Positions 1-9,683 of a stretch of DNA of 64,000 nt are shown piece after piece (within the stretch, counting starts at the first letter, position 1; the number at the start of each line of letters is the position of its first letter). The translations under genes were made by a program, and so were the position numbers. A model generated the notes under the pieces. The model saw only the letters and a program-made list of their open reading frames with translations, searched no databases and had not been told where the DNA came from. The stretch is taken from positions 16,965 through 80,964 of the forward strand of contig CALVML010000004.1 of NCBI GenBank assembly GCA_944345705.1. Direction: 5' to 3'. Source of the DNA: an uncultured Clostridia bacterium (GTDB lineage Bacteria > Bacillota > Clostridia > Christensenellales > UBA1242).

Positions 1-171
1 TATCTTGTCAATCACAAAAATATACAGGAAATAGGGCAGGAGATAGCAAAATTAAAACTCTATATTGCAGACAATGATATCCCTGCTTTCAAAGTTTCGC
101 TTGAACTTATAAAATTTTATTGTCATTCATATCTGCACTTTATGGGTGCAAATGTGCATAATGTTCTATAA
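1..171 (+). CDS. C-terminal fragment of an unidentified protein, truncated by the window edge
   Basis: Frame 1 is open from nt 1 to TAA at 169-171 (...FYCHSYLHFMGANVHNVL*). No recognisable motif. Confidence 0.3.
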   Translation, partial: YLVNHKNIQEIGQEIAKLKLYIADNDIPAFKVSLELIKFYCHSYLHFMGANVHNVL

Positions 172-190
172 AGAAATCTTTATGTATTAT

Positions 191-400
191 AAAAACGCCT
201 TGAATATTTAAAAATCAAGGCGCCAGACTGTAGACAAACTTCGCGACCGAAAAATTACGTGTAATTTTTCTTGCCTCGTTAACTGAAAAACGCCCAAAAC
301 CAGTCATTTAGGAATACTAAACTCCTGGCTTTGAGCATTTTTCGAGCCTTGCCTCGCTTGTTTCTCTACAGTCTGTTAATTTGTCGACACTCTGACGTAT
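191..400 (-). ncRNA. Candidate rod-shaped structured RNA with 6S-like architecture; family unproven
   Basis: Terminal arms 224-239 (cagactgtagacaaac) and 360-375 (gtttctctacagtctg) pair over 16 nt with one mismatch. Inner helices 285-303 with 325-343 have G-U pairs only on the minus strand (C-A on plus). Perfect hairpin at 249-270. Minus-strand intrinsic terminator: stem 196-203/215-222 followed by a T-run (A-run 191-195 on plus). No CDS. Confidence 0.3.
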
Positions 401-463
401 ATATAAATCAAGGTGCTTTTTGTTTAATAAATTGTTTTGTTTAATTTTTAATTTTTTAATTTT

Positions 464-1540
464 TTACCAAACTCTTTCTCTCTTATTTTTATAGATTGCA
501 ATTCCTATACTTACAATGATTGCAACTACTGCAATGGCAACAACTATGTATACGATTGTCATATCGCTGATAGGTGTGCCTGTTTCAACAGTTTTCTTTG
601 CACTTTGGATAGGAGAGTCGCTACTGTTATGTGCTTGGAATTCAACCCATACTGTCCATTTACCTGAAATAGAATTGTCATTAAAGTGGAAAGTAAGACC
701 TTGTCTATTCCAGTCGGATAGTGAAGGATAAAGCACTTGAGTACATTCAGCAAAATCTTCTCTTTGCAAATCGTCAGAGATGTAAGCATATCTAGTGCCG
801 TCATTCGCCTCGCCAAGTACATACCACTTAAAGCATGAAGTATCATAGTACTTAAAGTTATCTATATTATTAATAGTGAAATCATAGGAATAGTGCATGG
901 CGTTTGGAGCAATGACCTGCGAGTATGAAGTTTGCAACTCTTGACTTAAAGTCATTGTTGGCTCAATGAAATAATAGTCAGATACAGAATTAAGTCCATT
1001 TACAGAAAGGGTAAATCTATAGATACCCCAGCCTCCAATTGTCACTTCATTTTGTGTAATTCCGTTATCTATATCTAAAGTAAAACTGATTTGTTCAAGT
1101 TCGTCAAGCGAGTTTCGTGTTTCATTCAAAACGTTTGTGAATGTAATTTTATCGCCACCTTCAAATCTGTTGTCAAGATATACCTGTTTATACTCGATTG
1201 TGAGAGTCATAGTGTAATTGACAACTCCTTCGGTCTCGGTTGGCAAGCCGGTTGGCAGATGTTCTTCATCGCGAACATAACGAATTACAAAACTTTTTGT
1301 AGTTTGCCATGGACTTACTAAGGCAAGCCCTTCTTCATAACTACTTTCTGTAAAGTCTGTAACAACTCTATCTGCTCGATTGTACACAGTTACTGTATTG
1401 CTTGTGCCAAGAGTACCGCTACTTGCGCTTGAATTAAAATTTGGAATGTTTACGCCAAGTGCAAGTAAAAGAACGCACAATAAAGTTACAATGATAGTCA
1501 AATTTAATTTAACCAAACTTCTTTTCATAACTTTCTCCAT
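464..1540 (-). CDS. Surface/type-I membrane protein of unknown function (N-terminal signal anchor, C-terminal TM anchor)
   Basis: 358-aa ORF. N-terminal hydrophobic segment LNLTIIVTLLCVLLLALGV. C-terminal TM MTIVYIVVAIAVVAIIVSIGIAIY followed by KNKRER. Confidence 0.55.
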   Translation of the reverse strand: MEKVMKRSLVKLNLTIIVTLLCVLLLALGVNIPNFNSSASSGTLGTSNTVTVYNRADRVVTDFTESSYEEGLALVSPWQTTKSFVIRYVRDEEHLPTGLPTETEGVVNYTMTLTIEYKQVYLDNRFEGGDKITFTNVLNETRNSLDELEQISFTLDIDNGITQNEVTIGGWGIYRFTLSVNGLNSVSDYYFIEPTMTLSQELQTSYSQVIAPNAMHYSYDFTINNIDNFKYYDTSCFKWYVLGEANDGTRYAYISDDLQREDFAECTQVLYPSLSDWNRQGLTFHFNDNSISGKWTVWVEFQAHNSSDSPIQSAKKTVETGTPISDMTIVYIVVAIAVVAIIVSIGIAIYKNKRERVW

Positions 1541-1689
1541 TTTTAATATGATAACATATATTTTTTAATTTAAAAAACATTTTTCTATTATTTTAATTAT
1601 TTTAACTCAAAAAAATAAATTTATTTGTAAAAGGTGAAGTCATATTTATTTCGTTGACAAAAATAAAAAATAAAGATATACTTATTTAC

Positions 1690-2550
1690 ATGGAAAAAGA
1701 AGAAATCGATTTAATGATAGCAGAAAATCAAATAGCCTTTGATTTGGATGGCGGTGAAAATGTTTTGGAAGAAACAACGCTTTTTTCAAAACCACTTCTC
1801 AAACCTAAAAACAATGACTGGATAAAGGAAGAGGTACTTTTTGTCGGTGTAAAGTGTAATCATTTCAATATATCGAGTGATTTTTCAAATATGCTTTTGT
1901 GTGGCAAAAAGATGATTGACTGGATCATGCTTGCAGGAAGAAATTGTGAAAGTATCATAGTAAATGACGGCGAAGATTTGATTGATAGACTTATAAGGCT
2001 CAACACCGATAAGAAAATCATTGCTGTTTTCTATAGTGATACACCGCTTCTTGATAAGGTTACATTTGAACATATCTGCAATTATTTTTCATCTCATGCT
2101 TGCAATTATCTAAAACTCAACCGTGGATTTTTAGTGCGAAGTGACTTTTTAAAATTTTCTACTCAATTTGTGCAGGGGAATAATTTTTTACAAGAAAAAA
2201 ATCTTTATGTAGTAGAAAACAGCAAAGATTTGAATTTTGTTGCCAATGCTTTATATAACAAGATTTTAAACTATCATATTTCAAATGGCGTAATCATATA
2301 TGGACAGAATACTGTATTTATTGATGGTGATGTGGAGATTGAAAGTGGAGTTATAATCGAGCCAAACAACATAATAAGCGGACAGAGCATAATAGAAAAA
2401 GATTGTGTAATAGAAAGCGGAAATATTATCAAAAATAGTATTATAGGTCAAAACTGCAGGCTTAAGTCAAGTTATATTGAAAATAGCAAGATTTCAAACG
2501 GCACAGTGGTCGAGCCATATTCAAAGATAATAAATGAGGAAATAAAATGA
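1690..2550 (+). CDS. GlmU-like protein: degenerate nucleotidyltransferase-like N-domain plus left-handed beta-helix hexapeptide repeats
   Basis: C-terminus has hexapeptide-type repeats (GVIIYGQNTVFIDGDVEIESGVIIEPNNIISGQSIIEKDCVIESGNIIKNSIIGQNC...). It occupies the glmU position upstream of pth-mfd. The canonical LAAGxGTRM loop is not visible. Start set at ATG 1690; the ORF track starts at TTG 1654. Confidence 0.5.
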   Translation: MEKEEIDLMIAENQIAFDLDGGENVLEETTLFSKPLLKPKNNDWIKEEVLFVGVKCNHFNISSDFSNMLLCGKKMIDWIMLAGRNCESIIVNDGEDLIDRLIRLNTDKKIIAVFYSDTPLLDKVTFEHICNYFSSHACNYLKLNRGFLVRSDFLKFSTQFVQGNNFLQEKNLYVVENSKDLNFVANALYNKILNYHISNGVIIYGQNTVFIDGDVEIESGVIIEPNNIISGQSIIEKDCVIESGNIIKNSIIGQNCRLKSSYIENSKISNGTVVEPYSKIINEEIK

Positions 2551-3059
2551 TAATCATAGTTGGTCTTGGAAATGAAGGAAGTCTTTATCAAAACACATAT
2601 CACAATCTAGGCTTTATGACGGTTGATAGACTTGCAAAAAGGCTTGGTATCGAGTTTACTAAAAAGAAATATAAAAGCACAATCGCTTTAGGCAAGGTAA
2701 ACGGACAAAGTGTAATGCTTGCGAAGCCTTCAACATTTATGAATAACAGCGGACAGGCTGTGGTGATGATGAAAGAAAAATATAAAGATGCAAGAATTAT
2801 TGTTGTAGTCGATGATATAGATCTTGAAAAAGGAAAGATAAGATATAGACAGCATGGCCATAGCGGTACTCACAACGGTCTTCGCTCTATCACTTCCTTT
2901 ATAGGTAGCGAGTTTGAAAGGGTGAGAATAGGAATAGGTCGAGATGAAAGCAAGGACCTTGCCGACTTTGTACTTTCAAAGATAGACAAAAATGATCTTC
3001 CGCTTTTTGACAAGGCTATAGATGAGGCTTGCGATCTTATCATGGAGAAGATATCTTGA
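2547..3059 (+). CDS. pth: Peptidyl-tRNA hydrolase
   Basis: 170 aa. IIVGLGNEGSLYQNTYHNLGF and HNGLRSI motifs. ATGA overlap with the upstream gene. Confidence 0.9.
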   Translation: MIIIVGLGNEGSLYQNTYHNLGFMTVDRLAKRLGIEFTKKKYKSTIALGKVNGQSVMLAKPSTFMNNSGQAVVMMKEKYKDARIIVVVDDIDLEKGKIRYRQHGHSGTHNGLRSITSFIGSEFERVRIGIGRDESKDLADFVLSKIDKNDLPLFDKAIDEACDLIMEKIS

Positions 3060-6000
3060 AATTACTGACAGAGCAATTAGAAAATATCTATAAAAATAGG
3101 ATTATTTCTGGCGTAGGCGATGGAGAAAAGGTGATTTTGTCGCAAAAATTTGATCGCGTACTTTTTTTATGTAGTGATTTTGTAAGCGCTGGCAGAATTA
3201 AACGCGGACTTGAAGGTTTTGGAAAAAAAATCGAGATTATTTCTGCATCAAGAGAAAATAACGATGAATTAGACGCAAATCTCTTGCCATTTTCTAGTGC
3301 AATCAATCGCTACTTGCTTGGCGACACTGATGGCTTGATTTTTTTGCCATCTTCATTGCTTGTCAAGTTTGACAAAGAAAAGTTTTCCACCTTTGATATT
3401 AAAAAAGACTGCTCGTATGATCTTGATAAACTGCTAGCCACTCTTGCTGAATACGGCTATGAAAGGGTATCTCTCGTGCAAGAGATAGGTCAATTTGCAA
3501 GGCGTGGAGATATTTTAGATATCTATATGCCTATCTTCGACAATCCTATAAGAATTGAATTTTTTGACGATTTAGTCGAAAAAATCTATTTTTTTGATAT
3601 CATTTCAATGAAAAACACAGCCTCACTAGACAAGATATCAATCTGCCAGTGCAAAATGCCACTTGGTGAGAATAATGTCTTTGATCTTGATGGCGTCAAA
3701 TTTGTTGATCAACCACTTAAGATACAAGAAGAAATTGATCTGCTTTTGAAAAGTTATAGTATACTTACAAATTTTTCTCATGAAAACTATGCAAATTTTG
3801 ATAAAATGCTTGAAAAAAGTGACTATATTTTCGACAATACTCAGTATGAAAAGGATTGCTATTACAACGATCGAATAGCATCTCGAAGCTATTTGACCGA
3901 TTTTATGGCTTTAAAAAAGGATATTTTAGAGTATAAAAAACTGCATCAATCTATTATTCTCTTTGCAGGAAATGAAAAGCATAAACAAAATATAGAGAAT
4001 TTTCTTGTCGAAAATGGCCTTACTTTTCATGATGAAAGCGAAAATCGCTTGAAGCGAGAAGAAGTGTATGTTTCTTCTATTGCCATGCCTTATACCTTTT
4101 CATTTTTAAAGGAAAGGCTGATTGGAATAGGCGCGGATAACCTATTCAAAAGTACACTTTCAACATTTTCAAAAAGCAAGCATTCTGTATTCTATCTTCC
4201 AAAACTCAATGACTATGTTGTACATTCCTTTCATGGTATAGGCAAATGCATCAAAATTGAGAGAATGAAGATAAGCGATGTCGAAAAAGATTATTTCGTC
4301 ATTGAATATAAGAATGGTGATATCTTATATCTTCCAAGTGAAGAAGCGAATACCATCTCTGCTTACATTGGAAGTGAGCAACAGCCTAAACTATCTTCGC
4401 TTGGTGGGGCTGAATTTGCAAGACTTAAAGAGAGAGTAAGCGCTTCAATCAAGCAGATGGCAATAAGTCTTGTCGAAATCTATAATGAAAGACAAAAGGT
4501 CAAAGGCTTTGCATTCAAGCGCGATGAATTTTTGGAAAAGCAATTTGCAGATAGTTTTCCTTATGCACTAACAGTTGATCAGCAGAATGCGATAATTGAT
4601 GTCGATCGAGATATGGAAAGTGACAAGGTTATGGATAGGCTTATATGTGGCGATGTTGGCTTTGGCAAGACTGAGGTTGCCTTGCGAGCAATATTCAAAT
4701 GTGCATATAATGGAAAACAAGCCTGCTTTGTCTGTCCTACTACAATACTTTCACAGCAACACTATGCTACGCTTTTAGAAAGACTAGAGCCTTTTGGTGT
4801 CAAGGTTGAAGTCATCAATAGATTTAAAACTCCAGGGCAAGTTAAAGAGATCTTGCGTAGAACTCAAGAGGGCGATATCGATGTTTTAATCGGCACTCAT
4901 AGAGTTTTAAGCAATGATGTCATCTTTAAAGATTTAGGACTCTTGATCCTGGATGAAGAGCAGAGATTTGGTGTAGAACACAAAGAAAAGATCAAGGATA
5001 AAAAGCGAGATATTGATGTGCTTACCCTTTCTGCAACTCCTATTCCACGAACTCTCAATATGTCGCTTTCAGGCATACGCGATATTTCAGTCATTGAAAC
5101 GCCACCTAAGGATAGACTTCCTATTCAAACCTATCTTGCCCCGCAAAGTGATCAACTTATAAAAGATGTTTTATCGCGAGAACTTGCAAGGGGTGGGCAA
5201 GCATTCGTTGTATACAATCGCGTTGACAGCATTGATGAATTTGCCCTTCATCTTAAAAAATTACTACCAAATGCACGCATTGGTGTCGCACATGGTCAAA
5301 TGTCAGAAAGAGTGCTTGAAGATGTAATTGCAAAATTATATCAGGGGCTTTACAATGTCCTTATCTCGACTACTTTAATAGAAAATGGAATAAATCTTCC
5401 ATCTGCAAATACCATGGTCGTAATAGAGGCAGATAAACTTGGTCTAGGTCAACTTTATCAATTACGCGGAAGAATAGGGCGAAGTGATAAACTTAGTTAT
5501 GCATATTTGACATTTATAAAAGACAAAAATATTGGTGAAGAAGCATATAAAAGACTTGAGGCAATAAAGGAATTTTCAAGCCTTGGCAGTGGCTTCAAGA
5601 TTGCTATGCGCGATCTAGAAATTCGTGGTGCAGGCAATATATTTGGACGCGAACAACACGGTCATATTGCAAAGGTTGGATATGATATGTTCGTCAAGTT
5701 GCTTGATGAAAAAGTCAAAGAGATCAAGGGTGAAAAGGTATATAAGCCAAGTGAAGTAAAACTTGAAATTGCCTTAAGTGCATTTATAAGTGAAAAATAT
5801 ATTGAAGATAGCGATAAGCGTATTTCATATTATACAAGAATAAGTGAAATTCGGGAATTTGAAGAGATTAAAGAGATTTTATCGAGCCTTGAAAATGGCT
5901 TTGGCAATCCGCCTATCGAGATTGAAAATCTTTGCGTGCTTGCATATCTTCGCAATCTATCAGGTCAATATGGTGTTAAGAAGATAAGAATTAATAGGCA

Positions 6001-6184
6001 AGATTTCTTTGTCGAACTTGAAAAGAAAGAAGAAATTTTAGACTCTCGTCTAGCACAAAATCTCTCTGCTTTTAATGGTAAACTTGCATTTGATAAGGGC
6101 ATAAAGATCAATTTTGCTATCCAAAATGCCGATGTTAAGGCAAAGGTACTTCATTTAATCAAATTTTTCGAAAGCATTAAGTAA
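3029..6184 (+). CDS. mfd: Transcription-repair coupling factor
   Basis: 1051 aa. Helicase Walker A GDVGFGKTEVA, DEEQ box LLILDEEQRFG, RGRIGRS. Follows pth as in Firmicutes. Start uncertain (TTG 3029 or TTG 3056). Confidence 0.9.
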   Translation: MRSYHGEDILKLLTEQLENIYKNRIISGVGDGEKVILSQKFDRVLFLCSDFVSAGRIKRGLEGFGKKIEIISASRENNDELDANLLPFSSAINRYLLGDTDGLIFLPSSLLVKFDKEKFSTFDIKKDCSYDLDKLLATLAEYGYERVSLVQEIGQFARRGDILDIYMPIFDNPIRIEFFDDLVEKIYFFDIISMKNTASLDKISICQCKMPLGENNVFDLDGVKFVDQPLKIQEEIDLLLKSYSILTNFSHENYANFDKMLEKSDYIFDNTQYEKDCYYNDRIASRSYLTDFMALKKDILEYKKLHQSIILFAGNEKHKQNIENFLVENGLTFHDESENRLKREEVYVSSIAMPYTFSFLKERLIGIGADNLFKSTLSTFSKSKHSVFYLPKLNDYVVHSFHGIGKCIKIERMKISDVEKDYFVIEYKNGDILYLPSEEANTISAYIGSEQQPKLSSLGGAEFARLKERVSASIKQMAISLVEIYNERQKVKGFAFKRDEFLEKQFADSFPYALTVDQQNAIIDVDRDMESDKVMDRLICGDVGFGKTEVALRAIFKCAYNGKQACFVCPTTILSQQHYATLLERLEPFGVKVEVINRFKTPGQVKEILRRTQEGDIDVLIGTHRVLSNDVIFKDLGLLILDEEQRFGVEHKEKIKDKKRDIDVLTLSATPIPRTLNMSLSGIRDISVIETPPKDRLPIQTYLAPQSDQLIKDVLSRELARGGQAFVVYNRVDSIDEFALHLKKLLPNARIGVAHGQMSERVLEDVIAKLYQGLYNVLISTTLIENGINLPSANTMVVIEADKLGLGQLYQLRGRIGRSDKLSYAYLTFIKDKNIGEEAYKRLEAIKEFSSLGSGFKIAMRDLEIRGAGNIFGREQHGHIAKVGYDMFVKLLDEKVKEIKGEKVYKPSEVKLEIALSAFISEKYIEDSDKRISYYTRISEIREFEEIKEILSSLENGFGNPPIEIENLCVLAYLRNLSGQYGVKKIRINRQDFFVELEKKEEILDSRLAQNLSAFNGKLAFDKGIKINFAIQNADVKAKVLHLIKFFESIK

Positions 6185-6313
6185 AATTTGCAACACCTTA
6201 TTTTAAATATATTTATAAAAAAAGTTTGCTTTAATTATATAAAATAGTTTAATTTGCTTGATATTTTTTGTTTATATATGCTAAAATATGTCTATAATTT
6301 TGACGGAGATATA

Positions 6314-8065
6314 ATGAAAAAGAAACTGATTGGCTTTTTGATGTGCTTTATGCTGGTCTGCATGAGTTTACTTGCAGGCTGTTCTATTGTTGAAGCAGAT
6401 TACGATAAATATTATAATCAAGTAGTTTCTGTTGTAGTAAATAAAGAAAATGAAGATATTAGGGCTGAGATTACAAAAAGAGATCTTATCAGTGCCTATC
6501 AAAGTTATGGATACAGCTATGAGCAGTATTATGGTATGACAAGAAGCGAAGCAATCGATATGACGCTTGAACTTTTGCAGGGAAGAAAGATCACTCTTTT
6601 GACAGCAGAAAATGAGTTTGGCGTTAGCGAACAGGGCAGGTATGGCTTAACTGAAAAAGAGCAAACCTATCTTTATCAGCAAGTTGTAGATTCACTTGAT
6701 AGTAATTTAACTGCTTATTATGAGGACATCACTGGCACTAGTGATGAAGAAGAAAGCGATGAAATCACATTTGAAGGATACACAAAGACTGCAAAACTTG
6801 TTTCTGTTAATGGCTCGTATGCAATAGAAAAACTTGCCTCTAGTGAAGATCCGCTTGCTTCGTTTACTTACAAAAACGCAAAGAATTATTTTGACAGCGA
6901 AGACTATGCTTTAATCTATTCAAATTTTAGAGATTTTGTTCTTTCAGCAAATCAAGATTATAAAGACGCATTTAAAGAATATACAAGACAACTAAGAATT
7001 TCAGAGTACGGACTAGGTCTTTCACAGGATACACCATCACTATTTGATAGGGAAATACAGAGATTGTATACTGTAGCTTATGAAAACTATATGATACAAA
7101 AATATTCATATTCAAACCGCAACTTAAATGAAATTTCTTCTGTAACCGTTAGCGATATTTTAAACAGATATTCAAGCCTTGTAAGATCTAGTTACACTCA
7201 GTATGTGATCGAGCAAGATGAGAGTTATGATGATAATATGCAAAGCTCTTTAAATGATATCTATTATTATAGAACTGATAGTGATGCTACTAAATTCTTC
7301 ACTGTTGCAAACATACTCTTTATGTTTGATGAAGATCAGCAAGCAGAATATGAGGCTTTAACTGCAAGCAATACAAACGATGGCGGAATGAGTAATGCAG
7401 AATACCAGCAAAAACTCGACGCACTTTATGCTTCAATCAAACCTGTTGTCAGAGTTTATAATGAAGAACTAGACATCTATAAAGAAGTGGAAAGTGACAA
7501 GACAGTTGCAGATGTATGCAAGGAGATCTATCAGGCACTCTATAATGCTCAAATAAATGGCAGTGTCAATGAAATTGGTGATGTGATTAATGACTTTATC
7601 TATAGATATAACGAAGATACAGGAATGTTCAATGCTGACTCAAACTATGTTATTGGTATAGACAGCGAAGGTGAAGTTGTTTCAAGTTTTGTTGATTCTT
7701 TCAATACTGCATCTGTAGATTTATATGATGGTGGCACTGGAAAATTTGGCGATAGTGTGCTTACAGGAAATTCAAATGATTATACAGAAGGGCTTGTTCG
7801 CTCTGAGTATGGTCTTCACTTGATTATATATACTGGTGCTTGTGAAAACCTATTTGATAGTTTGTCGGTGAGTGATGAACAGGCAATTGAAAAATTGAAT
7901 AACACAAGAGTTAATCCACTTGTTGATAAAACTTACTTCGATGTGCTTTATGATGAAATTTATCAAGACAACTATTCATACTATGAAAGTATAAACCTTG
8001 AATATCTTAAAGAAAATTACAACATTACAGTTTATAAGGGAAGATATTCAGATTTGATTGGCTAA
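6314..8065 (+). CDS. Lipoprotein with a PrsA/SurA-like (parvulin-type) foldase appearance
   Basis: Start moved to MKKKLIGFLMCFMLVCMSLLAGCS (lipobox LAGC) behind a GGAGA RBS. C-terminal SEYGLHLIIY resembles the parvulin core. It sits downstream of mfd, a position where I recall PrsA/SurA-like foldase genes in Firmicutes (from memory, unverified). Confidence 0.45.
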   Translation: MKKKLIGFLMCFMLVCMSLLAGCSIVEADYDKYYNQVVSVVVNKENEDIRAEITKRDLISAYQSYGYSYEQYYGMTRSEAIDMTLELLQGRKITLLTAENEFGVSEQGRYGLTEKEQTYLYQQVVDSLDSNLTAYYEDITGTSDEEESDEITFEGYTKTAKLVSVNGSYAIEKLASSEDPLASFTYKNAKNYFDSEDYALIYSNFRDFVLSANQDYKDAFKEYTRQLRISEYGLGLSQDTPSLFDREIQRLYTVAYENYMIQKYSYSNRNLNEISSVTVSDILNRYSSLVRSSYTQYVIEQDESYDDNMQSSLNDIYYYRTDSDATKFFTVANILFMFDEDQQAEYEALTASNTNDGGMSNAEYQQKLDALYASIKPVVRVYNEELDIYKEVESDKTVADVCKEIYQALYNAQINGSVNEIGDVINDFIYRYNEDTGMFNADSNYVIGIDSEGEVVSSFVDSFNTASVDLYDGGTGKFGDSVLTGNSNDYTEGLVRSEYGLHLIIYTGACENLFDSLSVSDEQAIEKLNNTRVNPLVDKTYFDVLYDEIYQDNYSYYESINLEYLKENYNITVYKGRYSDLIG

Positions 8066-8071
8066 AAAAAG

Positions 8072-8101
8072 ATATGCTTAATTTCTAAGCATATTTTTTT
8101 A
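8072..8101 (+). terminator. Intrinsic terminator
   Basis: Stem atatgctta (8072-8080) / taagcatat (8086-8094) followed by a T-run. Confidence 0.6.
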
Positions 8102-8164
8102 AATTCTTTAGTAGCATTTTAAATCTTGCTTGACATGATAAAAGGAATTTGATAATATATTTGC

Positions 8165-9625
8165 ATGGCTGTGAAAAAGAAGGAAGAATTAGAGATTGAA
8201 AAGCCTAAGACCCGAGAGGCTTCTTTTTTGCAACAAACTGACATTGAAGATTTGCTAAAAGAGCAAAAATATAGAATTATTTTAAAGCAAAAGAAAAAAT
8301 ATAATAACGTAAAGGCAATTAAAAATATATACTTAAAAGATTTAAAGATCGTTTCCTATGAAAAGATACTCAATAAAATTCGAGAAAGTGAACTAAACGA
8401 CATCACAAGCGAGCAAAGAAAGAAGTATGACGAAATTGAGATGAGCGTATCAAAACAAAAGAGTAAAAAGAGTAAATATCTTAATCTTATCTTCTTCATT
8501 CTCAACCTTGTCATTGTTGCTTGTATTATGGCATATCAACTGACTAGAGAAGACTTTGGTACGATTGAAGGGTTGCGACTAAACCCTGTTGCAATTCTTG
8601 AAATAATATTGTTTTTTGTACTCGTTATCTTTTTTGAAACCATGTGTATAAGTTATCTTGTCAAACAAAGCACAGGGAAATGGAAACTTGGACTTGCTTA
8701 TAAGGTTACTGAGATAGGAAGATATTATGATAATGTGACGCCTATGGCGACAGGCGGGCAACCTTTCCAAATCACATATCTAAAAAATCGAGGTATACCT
8801 TTTCATACTGCATTATCAATACCTATGGCAAAATATGTTTTCTCTCAGATTGCTTGGGTGATTGTAACTTTTGCATGTCTTATCATCTCATTTACAAACA
8901 AAAGCTATGGAACTTTTGTATCTATAACAAGTGTTCTAGGTTTTGTTCTTTCTTTTATTGTTTTATTTGTCACAGTGTTTTTATCAGTATGTAAGACTGT
9001 AGGCAAAAAACTAGTGGTCAACATCTTAAAACTCTTGAAGAAGATGAAGATTGTCAAGAACTATGAAAAACAATATGAAAAGATTTCAAAATATATAAGC
9101 GATTTCCAAGATGTTATGAAGCAGTATGCAAAATCGCCTAAAGATTTCTTGATAATGACTTTCTTCTCGCTTTGTAGACTGCTTGCCAACTATTCAATTC
9201 CTTTTTTTATAGTAAAATTATTCTTGCCAAGTCTAGATAATAGTATGTATCTCAATCTTTTCGTGATGAGCGTACTTGTAGACTTATCTGCCTCTTTCTT
9301 CCCTCTGCCTGGTGGTACGGGTATGAATGAAATTTCCTTTACTGCAGCATTTGGCTCAATAATAAATAGTCCAAATTTGCTTGTATGGGTGCTTTTAATT
9401 TGGAGATTCTTTTCATATTACATCTATCTTCTTCAAGGTATATGTATATTATCTTATGATGTTGCTTATGGAAATAAGAAATATAAGTGGGAAGTACGGC
9501 GAAACAATCTTGCAGAAGAAAGTATGCTTTTTAAACAGCGTCAAATAGATAGATTTCGTCATGAACGCTCTAAAAGACGAAAAAACAAAAACATTAAATC
9601 CATTGATAGCCAGCTATTTAGATGA
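8165..9625 (+). CDS. Polytopic membrane protein, LPG-synthase-TM / flippase-like (UPF0104-type), with a charged N-terminal extension
   Basis: 486 aa with multiple TM helices. TPMATGGQPFQITYL and LPGGTGMNEISF motifs are typical of this family. Confidence 0.5.
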   Translation: MAVKKKEELEIEKPKTREASFLQQTDIEDLLKEQKYRIILKQKKKYNNVKAIKNIYLKDLKIVSYEKILNKIRESELNDITSEQRKKYDEIEMSVSKQKSKKSKYLNLIFFILNLVIVACIMAYQLTREDFGTIEGLRLNPVAILEIILFFVLVIFFETMCISYLVKQSTGKWKLGLAYKVTEIGRYYDNVTPMATGGQPFQITYLKNRGIPFHTALSIPMAKYVFSQIAWVIVTFACLIISFTNKSYGTFVSITSVLGFVLSFIVLFVTVFLSVCKTVGKKLVVNILKLLKKMKIVKNYEKQYEKISKYISDFQDVMKQYAKSPKDFLIMTFFSLCRLLANYSIPFFIVKLFLPSLDNSMYLNLFVMSVLVDLSASFFPLPGGTGMNEISFTAAFGSIINSPNLLVWVLLIWRFFSYYIYLLQGICILSYDVAYGNKKYKWEVRRNNLAEESMLFKQRQIDRFRHERSKRRKNKNIKSIDSQLFR

Positions 9626-9645
9626 TTTTCAGTGCTGGCTTTTTT
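9608..9645 (+). terminator. Intrinsic terminator overlapping the stop codon
   Basis: Stem agccagc (9608-9614) / gctggct (9634-9640) followed by TTTTT. Confidence 0.5.
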
Positions 9646-9683
9646 ATTAGAATAGTTTTTTTAAAAATAAACAAAATATATCT

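Noticed and set aside
224-375. MITE interpretation of the rod-shaped element.
   Set aside because: There is no target-site duplication and no second full-length copy in 64 kb. The strand-specific G-U pairs and an adjacent terminator favour an RNA gene. The MITE alternative is not excluded without the whole genome.
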